A stretch of DNA of 64,000 nt from a bacterium (GTDB lineage: Bacteria; Patescibacteriota; Minisyncoccia; Phycocordibacterales; UBA6065), in contig JAUXUT010000149.1 of NCBI GenBank assembly GCA_030680695.1, forward strand, positions 536,324-600,323, written 5' to 3'. A program made the position numbers and the translations under genes. Positions within the stretch are counted from its first letter, which is position 1, and every line of letters starts with the position of its first letter. Below are positions 58,101-64,000 of the stretch, piece by piece. Below the pieces are notes generated by a model, which was not told the DNA's origin, made no database searches, and saw only the letters and a program-made list of their open reading frames with translations.

Positions 58101-58676
58101 ATGCAACTCATGTTCCTCAAGAAAACCTCATCACTATTCCTTTCGACAGCTCTTGCCCTCGGCTTTCTTTCTGTTGGAATCCCTTCTGCCCATGCCTGCT
58201 CGTGCATGATGCCTGTTCTGCCACAGGACGCCCTTGTTCAAACAGATGCAGTGTTTGTCGGTACGGTTACCATGGTTGTGCCAAAAGATGATGACATGAA
58301 CCGCGTTGTTTCGTTCGATGTGGATCGTTCATGGAAAGGCGTTACCACAAAATCTGTATCCATAGGGACCGCTCGCGATTCCGCGGCTTGCGGCATTGAT
58401 TTTGAGGCGGGGAAGACCTATGTGGTCTACGCCTATGAAAGTGATGAAGGCGGCTTGTGGGCGGGTCTTTGCTCCAGGACGCATGAAGTCGTTGTCGAAG
58501 GCATTGAGGCAGATGAAGATGTCATGGCTCTTGGCACCACAACCATCACAATCGCTGACCCTGAGCCGCACCAGTCAGCAATGGCAAGTGGGGCAGTTAC
58601 TTTGGTAATAGGCCTGGTGGCCGTGGTGGCCGGTATCGGAGCCTTCAGACTATTTGGGACTAAAAAAGCGGAGTAG
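58101..58676 (+). CDS. TIMP/NTR-like domain protein with signal peptide and C-terminal TM anchor
   Basis: Signal peptide ends ..PSAHA/CSC; mature N-terminus CSCMMPVLPQDALVQTDAVFVGTV resembles the TIMP N-terminus (CSCxPxHPQxAFCxxDxVIRAK); C-terminal TM (AVTLVIGLVAVVAGIGAF). Confidence 0.4.
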   Translation: MQLMFLKKTSSLFLSTALALGFLSVGIPSAHACSCMMPVLPQDALVQTDAVFVGTVTMVVPKDDDMNRVVSFDVDRSWKGVTTKSVSIGTARDSAACGIDFEAGKTYVVYAYESDEGGLWAGLCSRTHEVVVEGIEADEDVMALGTTTITIADPEPHQSAMASGAVTLVIGLVAVVAGIGAFRLFGTKKAE

Positions 58677-58687
58677 ACGAACGGCAA

Positions 58688-58722
58688 ACAAAAATCCCGC
58701 CATATGGCGGGATTTTTGTTTT
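58688..58722. terminator. bidirectional intrinsic terminator (AAAAATCCCGCC-ATAT-GGCGGGATTTTT)
   Basis: Perfect palindrome between the convergent TIMP-like gene (+) and hup (-). Confidence 0.7.
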
Positions 58723-58736
58723 CGAAAGAATGAGTC

Positions 58737-59009
58737 TTACTTAACTGCGTCTTTGAGAGCCTTTGCTGCGCGGAACTTAGGAACCTTCATTGCTGGGACC
58801 GAGATGGATTCACCGGTTCGAGGATTTCGAGCCTGGCGAGCCTTTCGGGTCTTTACCGAGAAGATGCCGAGACCTGCGATCGATACTTCGTCGCCCTTCT
58901 TGAGGCCGCCGACGATAGAATCGAAGACGGTGTCTACGACCTGCTCTGCCTGGACCTTGGTGGTGTTAAGAACGCCGTGTACTACTTCTACGATTGCTGC
59001 TTTGTTCAT
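58737..59009 (-). CDS. hup: HU family DNA-binding protein
   Basis: Start at MNKAAIVE; GLGIFSVKTRKARQARNPRTGESISVPAMKVPKFRAAKALKDAV matches the HU beta-arm. Confidence 0.8.
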   Translation of the reverse strand: MNKAAIVEVVHGVLNTTKVQAEQVVDTVFDSIVGGLKKGDEVSIAGLGIFSVKTRKARQARNPRTGESISVPAMKVPKFRAAKALKDAVK

Positions 59010-59190
59010 TCGTTTATGAGAGCTAACTGATAATCGACTAACATCTCGGGTCTCGAGAGGTTGTGGTCTGCAAATAAGTATATAAGAGGCCGTATTTTGC
59101 GCAAATGCTAAAAAATGGCTCTGTTGACAACTTTTACTGTAAAACAAAAATATGGCCCTGTTGAGCCGTATTTATGCCGTCGGTTTTCAA

Positions 59191-60717
59191 CTATCTGGCG
59201 AATTCTACGACGCGTGATTCTCTGATGACAGTTACCTTTATCTCTCCTGGGTACTTTAGGTCTTTCTCGATTTTTTCTGCGATCGATCGACCCATGCTCC
59301 TTGCTTCGAGGTCGTTCACTTCTTCTGGCTTCACGAAAATACGTATTTCTCGACCTGCTTGGAGTGCATATGACTTCTCTACACCCTTGAATCCTGACGC
59401 GATTGCTTCCAGTTCTTGCAGTCTCTTGATGTAATTCTCGACTGAGTCACGGCGTGCACCAGGACGAGCACCAGAAATGGCGTCGGCGGTCTGGACGATG
59501 ATTGATTCCACAGTTTCGTATGGATATTCTTCGTGGTGGGCCTGCATGGCTTTGATTATGGCCTCGTCCGTTCCGAATTTTTGCAATATTCTGCGTCCGA
59601 TTTCAACATGAGTACCCTGAACTTCGTGGTCTAGGGCCTTGCCGATGTCGTGAACGAGGGCCCCGGCCTTGGCCACGGCTACGTTAGCGCCCAGTTCCTC
59701 GGCTATCATACCGGCGATATGAGTCATTTCGATTGAGTGTTGGAGCACGTTCTGGCCGTATGAGGTCCTGAAATAGAGGCGCCCAAGGATGGCCACGATA
59801 CGCGGATCGAGATTATGGACACCTGTTTCGAATGTTGCCTGCTCGCCCTTTTCCTTTATGACCTTATTGATATCTTCACGAGCTTTCTCGACGACCTTCT
59901 CGATCTTGGCTGGCTGTATACGCCCATCAACGAGAAGCGCCTCAAGTGCCATACGAGCAATTTGTCGACGAATAGGGTCGAAAGACGAGAGGACGATGGC
60001 GCCCGGTGTGTCATCTACGATTATTTCTACACCAGTAGCGCGTTCAAAGCTCTTGATGTTACGGCCCTCCTTACCGATTATTTTCCCTTTGATTTCATCA
60101 GAAGGGAGGTGGATTGTAGTCGAGAACACATCATTCGTGACCGAATTTGCCAGACGCTGAATGGCTGTCGCAACAATTTCTTTTGCGCGTTCCTCGAGTT
60201 TATCTCCGTTCGTTGTTTCGAGCTTCCTCATACGCACAACAAGATCCTCCTCGTACTTCTTCTCGATTGTCTTTACGAGCTCATCTTTGGCGTCAGCTTC
60301 AGATATATGAGCGGCGCGTTCCAACGCAGATTTACTATCCGAGAGCATTTCGTCTGCGCGTTCCTTTATCTCGCGTATTTCCTGTGCCTTGGCTTTAAGG
60401 CTTTCTACTTCTGAATCGATGTCCGCCTGACGTTTTTCGAGCGAGTCCTCTTTTTTAATGAGGCGTTCTTCCTGGGCTTTGAGTTTATCTTCTTTTTCTT
60501 TCGCTTCCTGACGCAGTTCTTTGAGGGTCTCTGCGGCGCTTTCTTCTGCTTCAAGAAGGACTTTTTTCGCGGCCTCTTGGGCCTTGAGTTCCATCTCCTT
60601 TATCTCTATTTCGAGCGAGTTGCGTTTACGGCTCGCCACCAACACTCGTAGGTAATATCCGATACCCATTCCGCCGAGACAGGCGAGTATGAGCAGAGCG
60701 ATCACTTTCAACGACAT
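59191..60717 (-). CDS. rny: ribonuclease Y
   Basis: 508 aa; N-terminal TM, coiled coil, KH domain (IIGKEGRNIKSFERATGVEIIVDD), HD domain (HSIEMTHIAGMIAEELG...LVHDIGK). Confidence 0.9.
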   Translation of the reverse strand: MSLKVIALLILACLGGMGIGYYLRVLVASRKRNSLEIEIKEMELKAQEAAKKVLLEAEESAAETLKELRQEAKEKEDKLKAQEERLIKKEDSLEKRQADIDSEVESLKAKAQEIREIKERADEMLSDSKSALERAAHISEADAKDELVKTIEKKYEEDLVVRMRKLETTNGDKLEERAKEIVATAIQRLANSVTNDVFSTTIHLPSDEIKGKIIGKEGRNIKSFERATGVEIIVDDTPGAIVLSSFDPIRRQIARMALEALLVDGRIQPAKIEKVVEKAREDINKVIKEKGEQATFETGVHNLDPRIVAILGRLYFRTSYGQNVLQHSIEMTHIAGMIAEELGANVAVAKAGALVHDIGKALDHEVQGTHVEIGRRILQKFGTDEAIIKAMQAHHEEYPYETVESIIVQTADAISGARPGARRDSVENYIKRLQELEAIASGFKGVEKSYALQAGREIRIFVKPEEVNDLEARSMGRSIAEKIEKDLKYPGEIKVTVIRESRVVEFAR

Positions 60718-60915
60718 ATTTTTTTGTAAGGCCGACCGACGAGAAGTTCTGGATGAAAGGGGACGTGGAGCGGTTAGACGGAAGTGGGTGGTGAGGCGGG
60801 AGTGATTGTATTCAAAGAGAGCGAGAGCTCGGCGACCGAACCGGAAAATTAAATGGTAACGATTTTATACTACGATACCTATTTAATAATGGCAAGGGCC
60901 ATTTACCAGAGTTAT

Positions 60916-61494
60916 CTACAAGAGAACCTTGTCGATGATGCCGTACTTTTTCGCCTCTTCTGCATCGAGGAAAAAGTCGCGGTCGACATCCTTCTCAATC
61001 TGAGCGAGCGGCTTTCCAGTGTTATCGGCGAGAAGTTTGTTGAGACGTTCGCGCGTTTTCAGGATGTGCTTTGCGGTGATGGCAATGTCGGATGCCTGGC
61101 CCTCGATTCCTCCGAGCGGCTGATGGATCATGACCTCGGCATTTGTGAGTGCGTATCGCTTACCTTTTTTGCCGGCTGAAAGAATGACCGCGCCCATCGA
61201 TGCGGCAATGCCGACGCAAACGGTCGAGACATCGTTCTTGATGTGGTTCATCGTGTCGATGATGGCGAGTCCAGCAGTGACCGATCCACCTGGCGAGTTT
61301 ACATAAAGTGAGATTTCTTTCTTTGGGTCTTCGGACTGTAGGAAGAGAAGCTGTGCGATGACCGTGTTCGCAACATGATCGTCGATTGGGCCCGAAAGGA
61401 AAATAATATTTTCTTTAAGCAGGCGCGAGTAGATATCGTACGCGCGCTCGCCGAGACTGGTCTTTTCAATGACTGTTGGTATGAGTATGGACAT
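60916..61494 (-). CDS. clpP: ATP-dependent Clp protease proteolytic subunit
   Basis: 192 aa; catalytic Ser in GIAASMGA, His/Asp motifs, typical ClpP N-terminus. Confidence 0.9.
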   Translation of the reverse strand: MSILIPTVIEKTSLGERAYDIYSRLLKENIIFLSGPIDDHVANTVIAQLLFLQSEDPKKEISLYVNSPGGSVTAGLAIIDTMNHIKNDVSTVCVGIAASMGAVILSAGKKGKRYALTNAEVMIHQPLGGIEGQASDIAITAKHILKTRERLNKLLADNTGKPLAQIEKDVDRDFFLDAEEAKKYGIIDKVLL

Positions 61495-61611
61495 GGCGTT
61501 TGTGGTTAGATATGCCCACGATATAGGAAATATAAGGGTTTTGCAAAGACTTGACTTTTAACTACTTAGGGTGTATAATTGATAAAGATAGTGAATCGAG
61601 CCCTTTAACAA

Positions 61612-61682
61612 TATTTGCGAAGTATAGTTGCGGAATAAAGGCTGTTTTAAGCCGAGGGGCCGACTCAAGTTGCCTTTATTCC
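61612..61682. repeat. 20-bp perfect inverted repeat (TATAGTTGCGGAATAAAGGC / GCCTTTATTCCGCAACTATA) with 29-nt spacer
   Basis: Seen directly in the sequence; lies between divergent clpP and the DGR target gene and overlaps the most upstream possible start of the target ORF. Confidence 0.7.
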
Positions 61683-61786
61683 GCAACTATATCGTTAGCC
61701 TGAAGCTGATAAGCATCCTCGGTCCCGCTTTTGCGGATACTAAGGATGACACAGTGGATGGTCCGCGTGACGTTGCGGCTACTACC

Positions 61787-62353
61787 ATGGAAAAGTGTGA
61801 AAATGCTACGACGGCCCAGTTTCTCCAGCTCGTCGCCCGGTTCGCCCAGGTTCTGCCCCTTGATGCCGACAAGGCCGAGGCGCAGAAGGCCATCGAGAAC
61901 GAAGACGATCCCTTGTGGATCGCGATCAAATCTCGGTTCACCAAGAAGGTCCAACAGGTCGTCAAAAGCCTGAAAGACATGATCGCCCTTGGCCACTACG
62001 ACTGGGTCAACTCGGACATCAACGAGAAGAACTTCGGTCTGGAGGCCCTGGTTTTGGGCGAAGGAGCCGAACTCTTCCATTTCGATCACAATATCTTTTC
62101 GGAGGATGCGATCGCAAAAATGGCAGAGAAGGGCTTCAAGCCTGGCACGCTCGGAGATCTCCTGGTCTACGGGGCCAAAAACCCCGAGGAACAGAAGAAA
62201 TACCCGATTGTGGCCTTGGGTTCCGTTGCGAGCGTCGGTGGCGAGCGCTACGTGGCTTGCCTCGACTGGAACGATTCCGAGCGCGGCCTGCGCCTCCGCT
62301 GGTTCGACGACGACTGGCGTGGCGACTGCCGGTTCCTGGCGGTTCGCAAATAA
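61787..62353 (+). CDS. DGR target protein (variable C-terminus: ...CLDWNDSERGLRLRWFDDDWRGDCRFLAVRK)
   Basis: ORF whose last 130 bp (VR) is a near-copy of the downstream template repeat, with all differences at template adenines. Start uncertain (ATG 61787 chosen; ORF track begins at 61628). Confidence 0.6.
   Translation: MEKCENATTAQFLQLVARFAQVLPLDADKAEAQKAIENEDDPLWIAIKSRFTKKVQQVVKSLKDMIALGHYDWVNSDINEKNFGLEALVLGEGAELFHFDHNIFSEDAIAKMAEKGFKPGTLGDLLVYGAKNPEEQKKYPIVALGSVASVGGERYVACLDWNDSERGLRLRWFDDDWRGDCRFLAVRK
62220..62349 (+). repeat. DGR variable region (VR)
   Basis: 130 bp, 113/130 identical to TR; all 17 mismatches are VR non-A opposite TR A; identical GC-rich 3' end (CCGGTTCCTGGCGGTTCGCAA). 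Confidence 0.85.
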
Positions 62354-62696
62354 GTTCTTCGGTGCTAGGGCTTTGGTCCTTGCACTTTGACTCTTGGACC
62401 CTTTGAAACTTTCCGAATTTATTCGGCGGGTGGAGGAGGGTCCTTTTGTTATAATAATTTACGACAGATGAAAAATCCTCGGTTACGGCTTTGGATAATC
62501 TGTCCGCAACGCCAGAAAAGAGAGTTTCCGTGGTTAAGGCTCCGGAGAGAGTTTTTCTGGTTTTGTTAAAAACAAAATTAAGAACAGTTGGTATGGAGAG
62601 CTATGCAACGAACAATGTTGCTTATACCAAAATACAGCCCCGGGAGCATTCCATGGGGAGCTCGAAGGGCAGTGGGGTAGACGGCTTCCAATACGA

Positions 62697-62826
62697 GTTC
62701 CGTTGCGAACGTCAATGGCGAGCGCAACGTGGCTTGCCTCGACAGGAACGATTCCAAGCGCAACCTGAACCTCAACTGGTTCGACAACGACTGGAATGGC
62801 AACTACCGGTTCCTGGCGGTTCGCAA
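62697..62826 (+). repeat. DGR template repeat (TR)
   Basis: Adenine-rich copy with 9 AAC/AAT codons in the VR reading frame; preceded by an in-frame TAG, so it is not an intact gene copy. Confidence 0.85.
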
Positions 62827-62847
62827 CTTTTTACATTTCTCCCGGGA

Positions 62848-63264
62848 TCATCTTTCGGGAGTTTTGTTTGCCAGCTGGCGCTTCCAGCCGCCGAGCATCC
62901 TGCCTATCTCGAAGAGGCTTTCCGATATGACGGCGTATTTGTTCGTATCAATGGCCTTCGTATCCCACGCTAACGTAACGAGGAGCTTCAGAAGGTCTAC
63001 TCTACTGATGCACCTGTTGAGCAGTATCGTCTTCTCGGCTATCTGCGAATAGCTCGCGAGAAAGCAATATTCGATCGACGAGAGGAACATGTCGTCTATC
63101 TTCGAGCCGAGGGTATATCGGCTCGCTTTCGGGAAATGGGTCAGATGATTCTGCCATATCCCATACGCATCCTTTAACTTAAGGATGACGGGAATAAGCT
63201 TTGGTTGCGAAAATTCGAGGGGGGGGGTACGCTTCGAGGTATGGGACGGGTTCAATTTACTCAT
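62848..63264 (-). CDS. avd: Avd-like four-helix-bundle protein (DGR accessory variability determinant)
   Basis: 138 aa; ..FPKASRYTLGSKIDD..S and ..FEIGRMLGGWKRQ match the four-helix-bundle/23S-rRNA-IVS protein family used by DGRs; lies between TR and RT on the opposite strand; the 5' end overlaps the RT start, so the true start may be internal. Confidence 0.6.
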   Translation of the reverse strand: MSKLNPSHTSKRTPPLEFSQPKLIPVILKLKDAYGIWQNHLTHFPKASRYTLGSKIDDMFLSSIEYCFLASYSQIAEKTILLNRCISRVDLLKLLVTLAWDTKAIDTNKYAVISESLFEIGRMLGGWKRQLANKTPER

Positions 63265-64000
63265 ACCTATAACGATATCATTTCGCTCGAGAATTTACTC
63301 GGCGCATGGAAGGAGTTCAGGAAGGGCAAGCGGAAGAAGAAGGATGTGCAGGAATTCGAGATAAGATTGACGGACAATCTCTTCGCCTTGCATCTCGAGT
63401 TAGCAGAGCGACGCTACGAACATGGAGGCTATCATGCGTTCAACATCTCTGATCCAAAGCCTCGCAATATACATAAAGCTATCGTACGCGACAGGCTCCT
63501 GCATCACGCACTGTACCGGACGCTCTACCCCTTTTTCGACAGGTCGTTTATAGCAGATTCTTATTCATGCAGGGACGGTAAAGGAACGCATAGGGCGATG
63601 ACCCGATTCATCAGTTTTGGCTGCAAGGTCTCCAAGAATAATACAAGGACATGCTGGGTTCTGAAGTGCGACGTCCGGAAATTCTTTGCGTCCATCGACC
63701 ATGAGATTCTTTTTAAAATCCTCTCAGACTTTATCGAGGACAAAGATATCTTAAATCTTTTACGAAAAGTCGTGGGAAGCTTCAGTAGCGGAAAGACAGG
63801 GACAGGTCTTCCGCTCGGCAATCTCACCTCTCAGCTCCTTGTCAATATCTATTTGAACCAATTCGATCAGTTCGTTAAGCATCGAATCAAAGCCCGTTAT
63901 TACATTCGTTACGCCGATGATTTCGTCCTGCTGTCAGACGATAGGGATTTTCTCGAATCATGCATCCCTCGCATATCAAATTTTCTCAAAGAAAACCTTA
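63241..64000 (+). CDS. DGR-type reverse transcriptase (partial, continues beyond window)
   Basis: N-terminus closely resembles Bordetella-phage bRT (ISLENLLGAWKEF.., EPKPR-like DPKPR, SYSCRDGKGTHRAM); RT motif 4 as LGNLTSQ (DGR hallmark, SQ rather than SP); motif 5 YADDFVLL. Confidence 0.85.
   Translation, partial: MGRVQFTHTYNDIISLENLLGAWKEFRKGKRKKKDVQEFEIRLTDNLFALHLELAERRYEHGGYHAFNISDPKPRNIHKAIVRDRLLHHALYRTLYPFFDRSFIADSYSCRDGKGTHRAMTRFISFGCKVSKNNTRTCWVLKCDVRKFFASIDHEILFKILSDFIEDKDILNLLRKVVGSFSSGKTGTGLPLGNLTSQLLVNIYLNQFDQFVKHRIKARYYIRYADDFVLLSDDRDFLESCIPRISNFLKENL

Noticed and set aside
57819-58209. ORFs 57819-58073 (-) and 58024-58209 (+) overlapping tRNA-Gly(TCC) and the terminator
   Set aside because: Overlap a well-formed tRNA and a perfect terminator hairpin; spurious.
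62220-62826. VR/TR similarity could be an ordinary tandem duplication
   Set aside because: All 17 mismatches are A in one copy and non-A in the other, with no A-to-A-strand symmetry, together with an adjacent DGR-type RT and Avd. A random duplication would show mixed substitution types.
62729-63052. ORF MACLDRNDSKRNLNLNWFDNDWNGNYRFLAVRNF... looks like a paralogue of the upstream gene's C-terminus
   Set aside because: It is the DGR template repeat. It is preceded by an in-frame TAG, continues into non-homologous nonsense after FLAVRN, and differs from the upstream copy only at adenines, so it is not a protein-coding duplicate.
1-64000. CRISPR arrays, rRNA genes, IS elements or transposases
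   Set aside because: No regularly spaced direct repeats, no rRNA-like conserved blocks and no transposase-like ORFs were seen. Xer is the only tyrosine recombinase and the DGR RT the only mobile-element-type enzyme.

Overview
This 64-kb window looks like a chromosomal segment from a small-genome, roughly 50% GC bacterium, most consistent with CPR/Patescibacteria (Saccharibacteria-like). It spans the replication origin: dnaA and dnaN sit on the minus strand with perfect DnaA boxes in the dnaA-dnaN spacer, and rpmH-rnpA-yidC diverge on the plus strand. Most of the window is housekeeping (metG, glyQS, tyrS, polA, fpg, ruvB, yebC-like, ruvC, PBP1A, uvrD/pcrA, ksgA, comM, rny, clpP, hup, rpsO, xerC/D-like, xth, cca), plus five tRNAs and an orphan PilB/GspE ATPase. 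Two accessory systems stand out. The first is a complete diversity-generating retroelement at about 61.6-64.0 kb: a target gene whose 130-bp C-terminal variable region differs from a downstream template repeat at 17 positions, all of them adenines in the template. Beside it are an Avd-like four-helix-bundle gene and a DGR-type reverse transcriptase (LGxxxSQ and YADD motifs) that runs off the window end. The second is a roughly 13-kb minus-strand operon (29.6-42.2 kb) encoding a Gram-positive-style (Tn916/MPF-FATA-like) type IV secretion apparatus. It includes a VirB4 ATPase split into two ORFs in different frames, a PrgI/VirB3-like protein, a VirB6-like polytopic membrane protein, a pilin-like two-TM protein and large secreted proteins. 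Other observations: three intergenic regions of about 200-300 nt with their own promoter-like and terminator elements (candidate small RNAs), a recurring palindromic hairpin family (ATGGCTCTGTTGAGCCAT-like) at gene ends, a 20-bp perfect inverted repeat upstream of the DGR target, and an Fpg ORF lacking a stop after its zinc finger that reads about 250 nt into the next gene. There is also a RelE/Phd toxin-antitoxin pair, a TIMP/NTR-like lipoprotein and a GC-rich lipoprotein gene. I found no CRISPR array, rRNA gene or transposase.
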